64,000 bases of DNA, taken from contig OY760933.1 in the NCBI GenBank assembly GCA_963664235.1, positions 3,281,048-3,345,047 of the forward strand. The letters are read 5' to 3'. Within the stretch, counting starts at the first letter, position 1. Each line of letters starts with the position of its first letter. Of this stretch, positions 27,970 through 37,402 are shown piece after piece. The position numbers and the translations under genes are program-made. The DNA is from Acidimicrobiales bacterium (GTDB lineage: Bacteria; Actinomycetota; Acidimicrobiia; Acidimicrobiales; CATQHL01). The notes below the pieces were generated by a model. It was not told the DNA's origin. It saw only the letters and a program-made list of their open reading frames with translations, and did not search any database.

Positions 27970-28881
27970 TCAGCCCATGTACGGCTCCTGCCGTGGGCCC
28001 ACCCGCGTGCGGAGGGTGTACAGCGAGGTGCACGACGGCATGAACAGGGTGTGCCAGTCGGCGCCGCCCCAGGTGAGATTGCCGACGTTCTCAGGCACGG
28101 GCACGGTGCCCAGCCGTTCGCCGGCGGCGCTGATGATCCACACCCCACCCGGACCCGTGACCCAGATGTTGCCCATCTCATCGCACTTCATGCCGTCGGG
28201 GATGCCGTCCTCGATGACGCCGGTGCCGATCCCGTCGAAGAACAGTCGCCGGCCGCTGAGGCTCCCGTCGGCATTCACGTCGTAGACGTCGATGAGCCCC
28301 CCCATGGTGTCGTTGATGTACATCAGCGACTCGTCGGGCGAGAAGCAGAGGCCATTGGGCTGGTCGTAGGCGTCCCGGTCCACGACAAGTTCGATTCCGC
28401 CCCCGGGGGGAACTCTGAACACACCCTGCCAACCCAGGTCCCGCTCACGCTCGAGGCCGAAGACGGGCATGCGTCCGAACCACGGATCCGAGAAGTAGAT
28501 GGAGCCGTCGGAGCCCACCACCACGTCGTTGGGGCTGTTCAGTTCCTTGCCCTCGAAGTGGCTGGCCACGACATCCCTGGACCCGTCGGTGTTCTCGCGC
28601 ACCAGGGAGGAGGTGACGTGCTCGCAGACGATGAGGTTCAGGTCCGCGTCGTAGGTCATGCCGTTGCACTTGTTGGAGGGCCGCATGACCTCGGTGACGG
28701 TGCCGTCGGGCGTGTACTTGCGGCGCACATCACCGGGCATGTCGGAGAAGAGAAGGTGCTGTTCGGTGGGATGCCAGATGGGGCCTTCGGTGAAGGTGAA
28801 GCCGGTCGCGGCCTGCTCCACCTCGGCGTCCCGATCCACCAGTTCCCAAACTGCATCGGAGTGGGCTTGAACGTTTGCCAC
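27970..28881 (-). CDS. SMP-30 / gluconolactonase / LRE-family protein
   Basis: FTEGPIWHP, SPNDVVV and PDGMKCDEMGNIWV fit six-bladed propeller lactonase motifs. GTG 28881 is preceded by GAGGAGGAA, so the track ORF start at 29004 is probably an extension. Confidence 0.8.
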   Translation of the reverse strand: MANVQAHSDAVWELVDRDAEVEQAATGFTFTEGPIWHPTEQHLLFSDMPGDVRRKYTPDGTVTEVMRPSNKCNGMTYDADLNLIVCEHVTSSLVRENTDGSRDVVASHFEGKELNSPNDVVVGSDGSIYFSDPWFGRMPVFGLERERDLGWQGVFRVPPGGGIELVVDRDAYDQPNGLCFSPDESLMYINDTMGGLIDVYDVNADGSLSGRRLFFDGIGTGVIEDGIPDGMKCDEMGNIWVTGPGGVWIISAAGERLGTVPVPENVGNLTWGGADWHTLFMPSCTSLYTLRTRVGPRQEPYMG

Positions 28882-29093
28882 CGGTTCCTCCTCGTCCTGT
28901 TGGTCGGTCACCGGGCGCGCCGCCCGCGCAGCCGCCGCAGCGGAAGTGAGCGACAAAGTAGCGGAAACTGTGACCTCCGGCCAATGCGCTGCACAGCGTG
29001 TCACTCAGAATTCGGGGTCGCCGCATCTTCGCTGCACCAAACGTTCTCTTGCTATAGTCCGCCCACCTCGACAGGCAGCGAAGGGAGCACGTC

Positions 29094-29870
29094 ATGGGGT
29101 CCACCGCGGAGGTGATCCGGCCCGTTTCGCCCTCTGAGGCTGCCTCGGCATTCGGTGACGGCTCGGGGGTCGCCGTCCTGGCAGGCGGCACGCTCCTGGT
29201 GCCCGACCTGCACTTCGGCCGCGCTCGGCCCGAACGTGTGGTGATGCTGGGCAGTGCCGGCCTGAATTACATCGAGCGCTCCGGCGGCAACGTGACGATC
29301 GGAGCCATGACGCCGGTGGCCGCCCTGGCCGGCGAATCCTCGCCGCTGGGCCCCTGCGCCGCCTCGGTCGGCGACAACGAGATCCGCGCCCAGGCCACGG
29401 TTGGAGGCAACCTCTGCGCCCCGCCCGGCTTCGGTGACCTGCAGGGCCCGCTTCTGGCACTGGAAGCGACTGCACGCTCCGCCGGAGCGGGCGGCGAGCG
29501 CAATGAGCCCCTGGAGGAATTCCTGGCCGCCCGCGAGGGCCGGCTGCTCCTCGACATCACCTACGCCGAGCCCGCCGCGGGGGCATTCGCCGGCCTGGGA
29601 CGTCCGCACGCCCACCACTACACGGTGATGGCGGTATCGGGAGCCCGCGCCGCCGACGGTGCGGTGCGGTTGGCGGTCGTGGGTGCCGGCGCTGTCGGCG
29701 CTCGCCTGCGCGGCGCGGAAGCGCTGGCCGGTGACCCCGACGCAGCCGGGCAGGCCGCAGCCGGTGAGGTGACGCCGTCGGACGATCCGCTGGCATCGGG
29801 TTGGTACCGGGCGCGCACGCTGCCCGCACTGGTGAAACAGGCATTGAACGATTTGGAGGAGAGCCCGTGA
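29094..29870 (+). CDS. Molybdenum-hydroxylase FAD-binding subunit (CoxM/XdhB/NdhF-like)
   Basis: VLAGGTLLVPDL and the NVTIGAMT region fit an FAD_binding_5-type fold. RBS AAGGGAG. First gene of a four-gene set. Confidence 0.8.
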   Translation: MGSTAEVIRPVSPSEAASAFGDGSGVAVLAGGTLLVPDLHFGRARPERVVMLGSAGLNYIERSGGNVTIGAMTPVAALAGESSPLGPCAASVGDNEIRAQATVGGNLCAPPGFGDLQGPLLALEATARSAGAGGERNEPLEEFLAAREGRLLLDITYAEPAAGAFAGLGRPHAHHYTVMAVSGARAADGAVRLAVVGAGAVGARLRGAEALAGDPDAAGQAAAGEVTPSDDPLASGWYRARTLPALVKQALNDLEESP

Positions 29871-30367
29871 ACATCGTCGTCAACGGCAAGAACCGGACGG
29901 TGGAGAGTCCACCGCTCACTCCCCTGCTGGCGGTGCTGCGGGAGGAATTGGACGTTCTCAGCCCCAAGGCCGGCTGCGAGAACGGCGGATGCGGCGCCTG
30001 CACGGTACTCATCGACGGCGCCCCGCGGCGCTCCTGCTTGACCGCCGTGGGGTCGATCGACGGCACCGAGGTCACCACCGTCGAGGGGCTCGGCACACCC
30101 GAGAGCATGTCGGACGTGCAACAGGCTTTCGTCCACTACTGCGCCGCCCAGTGCGGCTTCTGCACCCCCGGAATGATCATCGCCGCCACCGCGTACCTCG
30201 AGGGCGGCGGCAGTTCCGACACCACCGAGATCACCGAGGCGCTGGCCGGCCACGTCTGCCGCTGCACGGGCTACCTGAAGATCGTGGACGCCGTCGCCGC
30301 TGCACGCGGCGGCGACTTCGACCTCTCGGTCACAGCCGAGAGCCCACACACCACCGTGCTGACCTGA
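29867..30367 (+). CDS. (2Fe-2S)-binding small subunit of the molybdenum hydroxylase
   Basis: CENGGCGACTV and CGFCTPGMI...CRCTGY are the two canonical 2Fe-2S cysteine clusters. The GTG start overlaps the upstream stop (GTGA). Confidence 0.88.
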   Translation: MNIVVNGKNRTVESPPLTPLLAVLREELDVLSPKAGCENGGCGACTVLIDGAPRRSCLTAVGSIDGTEVTTVEGLGTPESMSDVQQAFVHYCAAQCGFCTPGMIIAATAYLEGGGSSDTTEITEALAGHVCRCTGYLKIVDAVAAARGGDFDLSVTAESPHTTVLT

Positions 30368-30412
30368 ACAAGAGACCGACAAGATCCCGCTAGTCCAGGC
30401 GAGGGGGACGAA

Positions 30413-31783
30413 ATGAAAGCAGTTGGAGCACGCCTACCCCGTTATGACGGGGTCGGTCACGCCACCGGACGCACCGTCTACGTGGACGACGTGCGCGTGT
30501 ACGGGATGCTGCACGTGAAAGCGTTGCGCTCACCGCACCACCACGCCGCCATCAAACGGCTCGACACGTCGCGGGCCGAACAGATGCCCGGCGTGGCGGC
30601 CATCGTCACGCACGCTGACGTGCCTCTGCTGGTGTACGGGCACCTCTCGGCGCTGGGGATCCCTGCCGACGAGCCCCTCCTGGCGTCGGAGGACGTCCGC
30701 TACAAGGGCCAGCCCATCGCCGTTGTGGCCGCCGAGGACGCCGCCGCCGCGCAGGCCGCCGTGGACGCCATCGACATCGAGTTCGAGGAGTTGCCGGCAC
30801 TGTTCGACATGCGCAAGTCGTTCGACGCCGACGCCCCGCAGATCCACCACTGGGGCACCATCTACCCCCATTTCGAAGGCGAGATGAACGTCCGGCAGAT
30901 CCGCAAGGGCAACGTCGAGCAGGCGTTCGAGCAGGCCGACAAGATCATCTCGGGCGTCTACCGGCCGGCAGCCATCGAGCAGATGCCCCTCGAGACCCAG
31001 GTGGGCCTGGCAGTGCCAGAGCCCGACGGGCGCATGACGATCTACTCCTGCACCCAGGCGCTCTACTTCTCCATGGGCGTCGTGGCGGCGCACCTGCAAC
31101 TGCCGCTGAACAAGTTGAAGTTCGTGGGCGGCACCGTGGGCGGCGGCTTCGGCGGCAAGGTGGACACCGCCACCGAGACCCTCTGCGCCCTGCTTGCCCA
31201 GAAGTCCGGCCGGCCCGTGAAGTGGCGCTGGACCCGCGAGGAGGAGTTCCTCTGCTCCAGCACCCGGGCGCCGTGGCACATGGAGATCATCGACGGGGTG
31301 ACCAGCGACGGCTGGATCCTGGGCCGCAAGATGCTCACACTGCACGACGCCGGCGGGTACGCCCGCTTCTCGCCCTACGGCGTCACGAAGCACAGCTTCC
31401 ACCACACCGGCGCCTACACCATTCCCAACCTGCACTTCGACGGCTACGTGTGCTTCACCAACCGCACGCCCACCTCGGCCATGCGGGGCTACGGGGTCAC
31501 CTCGGTGTCCTTCGCGGTCGAGACCCACATGAGCCGCATCGCGGAGGAGTTGGGCGTCGACCCGTTCGAATTGCGCCTCAAGAACGCAAACCGCATCGGC
31601 GACACCTCGCCGAACGGCATCCGCTACATGGACCCGTCGACGGTGGACGTGCTGCACGCCATCGCCGGCGCCACCGACACCGGACTGGCGGCGCCCTACA
31701 GCGACGCCACCCGCGAGATGCGCGAGGGCGAATGGCTTCCCGAGCACCTCGTCGGCCAACTCAGCCACTCGGAGGATCACTGA
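30413..31783 (+). CDS. Molybdopterin-binding large subunit, N-terminal part (NdhL-like, 456 aa)
   Basis: The Ald_Xan_dh_C-like start RLPRYDGVGHATGRTVYVDD and the active-site-loop region TSAMRGYGV are present. It ends in ATGA, overlapping the next ORF. Confidence 0.8.
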   Translation: MKAVGARLPRYDGVGHATGRTVYVDDVRVYGMLHVKALRSPHHHAAIKRLDTSRAEQMPGVAAIVTHADVPLLVYGHLSALGIPADEPLLASEDVRYKGQPIAVVAAEDAAAAQAAVDAIDIEFEELPALFDMRKSFDADAPQIHHWGTIYPHFEGEMNVRQIRKGNVEQAFEQADKIISGVYRPAAIEQMPLETQVGLAVPEPDGRMTIYSCTQALYFSMGVVAAHLQLPLNKLKFVGGTVGGGFGGKVDTATETLCALLAQKSGRPVKWRWTREEEFLCSSTRAPWHMEIIDGVTSDGWILGRKMLTLHDAGGYARFSPYGVTKHSFHHTGAYTIPNLHFDGYVCFTNRTPTSAMRGYGVTSVSFAVETHMSRIAEELGVDPFELRLKNANRIGDTSPNGIRYMDPSTVDVLHAIAGATDTGLAAPYSDATREMREGEWLPEHLVGQLSHSEDH

Positions 31784-32886
31784 TGGGCATCCACACCGGA
31801 CGCGGCATCGCGTCCATCGAATATCCCACCGGAATGAACCAGAACGGCGACCCGTCGCAGGCCTGGATCAAGGTGAAGCCCGACGGCCGCATCGACGTGT
31901 TCAGCGGCACGTCGGACATCGGCAACGGCTCGAAGACGATCCAGACGCAGATCGTGGCCGACACCATCGGGGTGCCATACGACTGGATCACCTATGACAA
32001 CTCCAACACCGACTCGTCTCCGGTTTGCACCGGCACCTTCGCCTCCCGCGCCACGTTCGTGGCCGGCAAGGCGGTGCTGAAGGCGGCTCAGCGCGTCCGG
32101 GAGCGGATCCTGGAGGTGGCCGGCCAGGAGATGGAGATCAGCCCGGAGGACCTCGAGATCGACGACGGCGAGGTCTTGGCCAAGGGCGCTCCCGCCAAGA
32201 AGCTGAGCGTGAGTGACGTGGCCGCCGCCGCCACGTGGGGCCACGGCGAGCTCATCACCGGGACCGGCGCCCAACTGAACCCCTACGCCGCCATCTCGGA
32301 CCCCACCACCGGCGAGGTGGACGGCGTTCCGCACGCCGCCATCTCCTACGCCGCCTGCGCGGCCGAGGTGGCGGTGAACGACGAGACCGGCGAGGTGCGG
32401 ATCCTGAAGCTGACCCAGGCCTACGACGTGGGCAAGGCCATCAACCCGGCGCTCGTGGAGGGCCAGATCGAGGGCGGTGCCATCATGGGTCTCGGCCTCG
32501 GGGTGCTGGAGGACAGCTACCCGTACTACCCCTCGCCGGAGCACCGTGCCGGGGACTTCGGCAGCTACTACGCGCCTTCCAGCGCCGACCTGCCGGAGTT
32601 GCGGAACCTCATCATCGAGAACCCGTCGGCTGATGGACCCTACGGCGCGAAGGGCATCGGGGAGATGTCCAACAACGCCCAGCCGGCCGCCATCGCAACC
32701 GCCGTGTACGACGCCATCGGTGTGTGGGTCACCGAGCTGCCCATCACCCCCGAGCGGGTGCTGAAGGCCCTCGACGCCCGCAACGCCGGTGGCGGGCCCC
32801 GCCGTGAGGGCAAACAGGTGATCTTCGACGAGGAGTTGTCCATCAACACCGTCGGCACCGGCAAGACCTGGACGGCCGAGGTCTGA
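31783..32886 (+). CDS. Molybdopterin-binding large subunit, C-terminal part (NdhM-like, 367 aa)
   Basis: GRGIASIEYPTG..., IGNGSKTIQTQIVAD..., VGKAINPALVEGQIEGG and GAKGIGE correspond to the C-terminal Mo-cofactor domains. ATG 31783 overlaps the TGA of part 1. Confidence 0.8.
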   Translation: MGIHTGRGIASIEYPTGMNQNGDPSQAWIKVKPDGRIDVFSGTSDIGNGSKTIQTQIVADTIGVPYDWITYDNSNTDSSPVCTGTFASRATFVAGKAVLKAAQRVRERILEVAGQEMEISPEDLEIDDGEVLAKGAPAKKLSVSDVAAAATWGHGELITGTGAQLNPYAAISDPTTGEVDGVPHAAISYAACAAEVAVNDETGEVRILKLTQAYDVGKAINPALVEGQIEGGAIMGLGLGVLEDSYPYYPSPEHRAGDFGSYYAPSSADLPELRNLIIENPSADGPYGAKGIGEMSNNAQPAAIATAVYDAIGVWVTELPITPERVLKALDARNAGGGPRREGKQVIFDEELSINTVGTGKTWTAEV

Positions 32887-32917
32887 GCGGCGCGGCGCCG
32901 ACGGCCCTGGAGATCCG

Positions 32918-33325
32918 ATGAGTTCCGACGACGCCGCCCCGTCACCGTTCCGCACCTGGAACGGTGTGGAGGCGCTCGAATTCTTCCCCGGCGTGCACCT
33001 GCATGCCATCGGCGGCGAGCAGGTGCTGCTCTGCCGGGTGACCTACGAGCCCGGCACCACGGTGGCCCGCCACCACCACGACCACACCGAGCAGATCGTG
33101 GTGCTGACCGAGGGCGAGATGACCCTAATGATCGGCGACGAGGAACGTCACCTGGTCGCCGGCGACACCGCCGTCATGAACCGCGGCGTGCCCCACGAGT
33201 TGTACTCCGAGACGGGATGCACCTTCATCGAGGCCCTGGCGCCTGTGCCCCGCGACCACGTCCCGGACTTCGAGCGCGACCTTGTCCTGGGCGAACTGGG
33301 ATCTTCGCTGCACGTGGAGCGCTAG
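32918..33325 (+). CDS. Cupin-domain protein
   Basis: GTTVARHHHDHTEQIVVLTEGEM...GDTAVMNRGVPHE fits the two-motif cupin signature. RBS GGAG. Confidence 0.7.
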   Translation: MSSDDAAPSPFRTWNGVEALEFFPGVHLHAIGGEQVLLCRVTYEPGTTVARHHHDHTEQIVVLTEGEMTLMIGDEERHLVAGDTAVMNRGVPHELYSETGCTFIEALAPVPRDHVPDFERDLVLGELGSSLHVER

Positions 33326-33360
33326 CCGGCCCTACCGGCGCCCACTGAGGTGCCCCGCCC

Positions 33361-33389
33361 CTGGATTCCGGCCGCCGCCGGAATGACGG
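33361..33389 (+). repeat. REP-like palindromic element, copy 1 (CTGGATTCCGGC-CGCC-GCCGGAATGACGG)
   Basis: 8-bp stem ATTCCGGC/GCCGGAAT with a 4-nt loop and conserved flanks. The same element occurs at 53001 (inverted) and 60980. Confidence 0.7.
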
Positions 33390-33411
33390 AAAGAGCCTCC
33401 CGATTGCAGCC

Positions 33412-34812
33412 TCAGGCGCCGCGGAGAAGTCTGGAGAGGCGGTAGGCGGCGCGGGCTTCGCGGTCGGTGCGGAACTCGCGGTCGTCGGCAGCACGCAGGA
33501 TCCGGCGGCTGGAGCGCACACCCAGCCAGCGGAGCGGCTCGGGCTCCCAGGCGCGGGCGATCTCCCCCACCCACGGGAGCGTGGTGCGCTCGGTGTCCGC
33601 CCCCAGGATCAACTCGGCCATGGTGCGTCCGGCCAGGTTGGCGCAGGCCACACCGGTGCCGACATAGCCGCCGAAGACGCCCAGTCCCGACGCGCGGTGG
33701 AACGTGAGGCCCGGCAGCCAGTTGCGGGGAATAGCCAGCACGCCGCCCCAGCGATGGGTGATCCGGGCGCCGGTTAGCGCCGGCAGCAACTCGGTGAGCG
33801 TCTCGTGGATCAACTGGTGTGACGGCTCGTTCAGTTCGGTCCGCTGGTCGATGCGGGAGCCGTACAGGTAGGGCACGCCGCGGCCACCGAACGCGATGCG
33901 ACCGTCGGCGGTGAGTTGCCCGTAGATCACCATGTGGCGGTCGTCGGAGAAGGTCGGGCGACCCGGCAGCCCGATCTCGGCGATCACGTCGGGGGGCAGC
34001 GGTTCAGTGGCGATCATCAGCGAGTAGACGGGCAGCAGCGCCCTGCGCTGACCGGCGAGGTCGCGGGTGTACGCCTCCGTCGCACGCACCACGACGTCTG
34101 CGGTGACCGTGCCGCGTTCGGTGCGGACCCAGTGCGGACCCACTTCGGAGACCGTCGTCCCTTCATGGACGGTCACACCGCCGGTCTCGACCACCTCCGC
34201 GAGTCCCCGGACGAGCTTGGCCGGGTCGAGCGCGGCCGACGGGCCCAGCAGGATCCCCGACCGAACGTCGGTGGCGTTGAGGTACTCGCGCGCCTCTGCG
34301 GCGTCGAGCAGGCGGACCTCGTCGGTGGTGAATCCCTGCTGGCGCAGTTCGCCGATCTCGGCGCTCTGGCGCTTGGCCTGCGGCGCGTTGCGCGCCAAGC
34401 GGATCGTGCCGCCCTTGGCGTAGTCGCAGTCGATGCCGTCGGCCGTCGCGACCCGCTCGATCTCGTCGACTGCGTCGAAGACGGCCCGGATCAGGCGCAT
34501 GGCCTCACCGTGGGAGGACCGGCGGGCGTAACGGGCGACCGTCCCGCCGGTGGTGCCGCCGAGTTCGCCGCACGCCCAGCCGCCGTTGCGTCCCGATGCC
34601 CCGAACCCGCAGTAGTGGCGTTCCAGAACGGCGATCCGCAGCGAGGGGTCCGACCGCATCAGGTAGTAGGCGGTCCACAGCCCGCTGAACCCCCCGCCGA
34701 CGATGGCGACGTCGGTCTGCAGGTCGCCGTCGAGTGCCGGTCGGGCCCGGATCGGCGGATCGATCCTGTCGAGCCAGAGCGAGGTAGGCGTGGCATCGGC
34801 GACTGTTGACAT
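33412..34812 (-). CDS. FAD-dependent (DAO-family) amine oxidoreductase, gamma-glutamylputrescine-oxidase-like
   Basis: VAIVGGGFSGLWTAYYL dinucleotide-binding motif, 466 aa from ATG 34812. The track ORF extension to 34935 is unsupported. Confidence 0.78.
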   Translation of the reverse strand: MSTVADATPTSLWLDRIDPPIRARPALDGDLQTDVAIVGGGFSGLWTAYYLMRSDPSLRIAVLERHYCGFGASGRNGGWACGELGGTTGGTVARYARRSSHGEAMRLIRAVFDAVDEIERVATADGIDCDYAKGGTIRLARNAPQAKRQSAEIGELRQQGFTTDEVRLLDAAEAREYLNATDVRSGILLGPSAALDPAKLVRGLAEVVETGGVTVHEGTTVSEVGPHWVRTERGTVTADVVVRATEAYTRDLAGQRRALLPVYSLMIATEPLPPDVIAEIGLPGRPTFSDDRHMVIYGQLTADGRIAFGGRGVPYLYGSRIDQRTELNEPSHQLIHETLTELLPALTGARITHRWGGVLAIPRNWLPGLTFHRASGLGVFGGYVGTGVACANLAGRTMAELILGADTERTTLPWVGEIARAWEPEPLRWLGVRSSRRILRAADDREFRTDREARAAYRLSRLLRGA

Positions 34813-34839
34813 CGTTCGTGACGGTAGATCGCTACTGCT

Positions 34840-34857
34840 CAGATAGCAAGCTATCTG
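34840..34857. promoter_or_regulatory. 18-bp palindrome CAGATAGC-AA-GCTATCTG in a divergent promoter region
   Basis: 8-bp perfect arms read directly. It lies between the oxidase start (34812) and the aminotransferase start (34965), in a locally AT-richer stretch. Confidence 0.35.
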
Positions 34858-34964
34858 GCGACTACGATTCGGAATCCGTCGTAATGACGCACTGATGCCT
34901 CGGTTTTGGTAGTGTCCGGTCGGGCAGGCCAGCACCCGGCGATCCGCCCCAGAAGCGAGGCAGC

Positions 34965-36311
34965 GTGGGCTCGATCAAACTCGTCACCGACGTTCCCGGC
35001 CCGAACAGCCGTGCTCTCGTGCGGCGGCGCGCTGCGGCCGTCTCCGCCGGCGCGGCCTACCTCACCGAATTGGGCATCGCCACCGGCGAAGGCTCGGTTG
35101 TGGTGGACGTCGACGGCAACCACCTCCTGGACTTCGCCGGCGGCATCGGCGTGGTTGGCACCGGCCACTGCCCGCCCGAGGTGACCGGCGCCATCCAACG
35201 CCAGAGCGCCGAGCTGATCCACATGTGCGCCATCGTCGCCAGCTACGAGCCCCTCGTGGAGTTGGCCGAGTTGCTCAACTCGGTCGCACCGGGCGACGGT
35301 CCCCACAAGACGCTGCTGATGAACAGCGGCGCGGAGGCGGTGGAGTCGGCCGTGAAGCTGGCTCGCGCCCACACCGGCCGGGCCGGCCTGCTGGTCTTCG
35401 AGGGCGCCTACCACGGCCGGACGAACCTGACGATGTCGATGACATCCAAGTACGGGCTGTTCAAGAAGGGATTCGGTCCGTTCGCGCCGGAGATCTACCG
35501 CATCGGTTTCCCGAACGTGCTCCGGCGACCCCCCGGCACCACGCCCGGGCAGTTCGTGGACTGGTCCGTCAGCCGACTCGAGGACGCCCTCGTCGCCCAG
35601 GTCGACCCGTCGGCGCTGGCTGCGGTGGTCATCGAGCCGGTGCAGGGCGAGGGAGGGTTCATTCCCGCACCGGGGCGGTACCTCGAGGCGATCCGGCAGC
35701 TCTGCGACCGTCACGGCATCGTCATGATCGCCGACGAGGTGCAGGCCGGCATGGGCCGCACCGGGCGGTTGTTCTCGATCCAGCACAGCGGCGTCGTGCC
35801 GGATCTCGTGGTCACAGCGAAGGCGCTCGGGTCGGGTATGCCGATCTCGGCGGTCGTCGGGCGGGCCGAAATCCTGGACGCACCGCACCCCGGCGGCATG
35901 GGCGGCACCTACAGCGCCAACCCCGTCGCCGCCGCAGCCGCCATCGCCACCATCAGGACCATCACCGCACCGGGCTTCCTCGAGCGGGCAGCGGCGATGG
36001 GCGAGCGCCTGCGGGGCGGCCTCGAGCGGTTCGCCGAGCGGTACGACTGCATTGCCGAGGCGCGCGGGCTGGGGGCCATGCTGGCGGTCGAACTCGTGGG
36101 CGACGAGAACCTCACACCCGACCCCGACCTGACTCTCGCGGTCACCCAGGAGGCGGTGGCGCGCGGGCTCATCGTGATCCGCGCCGGGCTGTACAGCAAC
36201 TGCGTTCGGTTCCTGCCGCCACTCACGACCACCGACGAGCAGATCGACGAGGCTCTGGACGTGCTGGAGGAGGCCTTCGCCGCCGCGACCCTCCAGCGGA
36301 GCGCCGCATGA
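34965..36311 (+). CDS. Class-III (GabT/putrescine-type) pyridoxal-phosphate aminotransferase
   Basis: FAGGIGVVGTGHCPP, NSGAEAVESAVKLAR, VIEPVQGEGG, IADEVQAGMGRTG and TAKALGSG (PLP Lys) are all present. Confidence 0.85.
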   Translation: MGSIKLVTDVPGPNSRALVRRRAAAVSAGAAYLTELGIATGEGSVVVDVDGNHLLDFAGGIGVVGTGHCPPEVTGAIQRQSAELIHMCAIVASYEPLVELAELLNSVAPGDGPHKTLLMNSGAEAVESAVKLARAHTGRAGLLVFEGAYHGRTNLTMSMTSKYGLFKKGFGPFAPEIYRIGFPNVLRRPPGTTPGQFVDWSVSRLEDALVAQVDPSALAAVVIEPVQGEGGFIPAPGRYLEAIRQLCDRHGIVMIADEVQAGMGRTGRLFSIQHSGVVPDLVVTAKALGSGMPISAVVGRAEILDAPHPGGMGGTYSANPVAAAAAIATIRTITAPGFLERAAAMGERLRGGLERFAERYDCIAEARGLGAMLAVELVGDENLTPDPDLTLAVTQEAVARGLIVIRAGLYSNCVRFLPPLTTTDEQIDEALDVLEEAFAAATLQRSAA

Positions 36312-37402
36312 GAAGGCCGCCGCTGCGGGTGCTGGACGCCGCGGGATCGCCGGGCGAGATCGGGGCCGCGCACGGCCGGTCCCACGCTGCGGAGATCAGG
36401 TCCTATGCCGCAGACCGCGTGCAGATCGTGGCATCGGGGATGTGGACCGGGGCGCCGCTGTCGCGCGGCGACGTGCTCGACATCGCCCACTCGATGCTCC
36501 CGGCTCACGAGTCCTTCGACGGCGACCTCCACACAGAGATGGAGGCCATGGCGGGCGCTGCCGGGATCTCGCCGGCCGAAGCCATCGTCGTCGGCGGGTT
36601 CACCGACTTCGTGGACACGGTCCGGGCCGTCGCCGGCAAGGTTGGAGCGTCGGCCGTGGCCGAGGACGACTGCACCGCCGTTCTGGTGCCCGACGGGCGT
36701 GCCGGCGGCGCAGGCTTCCTGGCCCAGACCTGGGATATGCACGCCTCGGCCACCGACCACGTGCTGATGCTGCGACTCCGCCCCGCCGGCGCCCCGGCGG
36801 CACGCGTCTTCACCACCACCGGGTGTCTCGGCCAGATCGGCATGAACAGCGAGGGGCTCTGCGTCGGCATCAACAACCTGGCCGGCACCGACGGGTGCCG
36901 CGGGGTCACGTGGCCGTCGGTGGTGCGGGGGATGCTGAAGTGCGCCACCGCGGAGGAGGCCCTGGAGGTCCTGGTTGGCGCCGAACTGGCAGGCGCCCAC
37001 AACTATCTGATCCTCGACCGTCACGGCGCCGGCTTCAGCACCGAGGCCATGCCGTCGGTGCGGCCGGTCCGGGTGCTCGGCGACGAGCCGCTCGTGCACA
37101 CCAACCACACGCTCGACACCGCGGCGGGAGCTGTGCAGGTGGAGCGGGACCCGCGGCTGATGCGGAGTTCGCGCGCCCGCCTCGCCACCGCCGCCGACCT
37201 GCTGGCGGGCGGGGAGGTGGACGCGGAGCGACTCTTCGCCCTGACCCGCGAGCCGTCGGCCATCTGCGTGACGGCGGAGCCGCCGTTTCACATCGAGTCC
37301 AGCGGGGCGGCGGTGATGCGACCCCGGACCGGCGACTTCTGGGCCTGCTGGGGCCGGCCGGCGGAGAACGACTACCAGCGGATCGAGGCTCCCGGTGCCT
37401 GA
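36308..37402 (+). CDS. Peptidase-C45 / acyl-CoA:6-aminopenicillanic-acid acyltransferase-family protein
   Basis: 364 aa. GSPGEIGAAHGR..., a putative Ntn nucleophile context AEDDCTAVLV, and QTWDM...NNLAG fit the family. ATG overlaps the upstream TGA (ATGA). Confidence 0.65.
   Translation: MRRPPLRVLDAAGSPGEIGAAHGRSHAAEIRSYAADRVQIVASGMWTGAPLSRGDVLDIAHSMLPAHESFDGDLHTEMEAMAGAAGISPAEAIVVGGFTDFVDTVRAVAGKVGASAVAEDDCTAVLVPDGRAGGAGFLAQTWDMHASATDHVLMLRLRPAGAPAARVFTTTGCLGQIGMNSEGLCVGINNLAGTDGCRGVTWPSVVRGMLKCATAEEALEVLVGAELAGAHNYLILDRHGAGFSTEAMPSVRPVRVLGDEPLVHTNHTLDTAAGAVQVERDPRLMRSSRARLATAADLLAGGEVDAERLFALTREPSAICVTAEPPFHIESSGAAVMRPRTGDFWACWGRPAENDYQRIEAPGA

Noticed and set aside
30530-31780. 416-aa - strand ORF opposite the Mo-subunit gene; similar long antisense ORFs at 31777..33009, 35909..37417, 38530..40086 and 41355..42434
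   Set aside because: All are antisense to genes with strong motif support, so I treat them as high-GC artefacts.
31780-31785. Split Mo-subunit as a frameshift pseudogene
   Set aside because: The junction is a clean ATGA stop/start overlap, with a Met-initiated second ORF at a plausible inter-domain linker. Both halves are full of conserved motifs. I kept it as a finding because only comparison with orthologues can settle it.
35225-36307. N-terminal 361 codons of the 725-aa track ORF 35225..37402
   Set aside because: This part overlaps the aminotransferase gene out of frame and is Arg/Pro/Gly junk. Only the part from ATG 36308 (C45-family protein) is credible.
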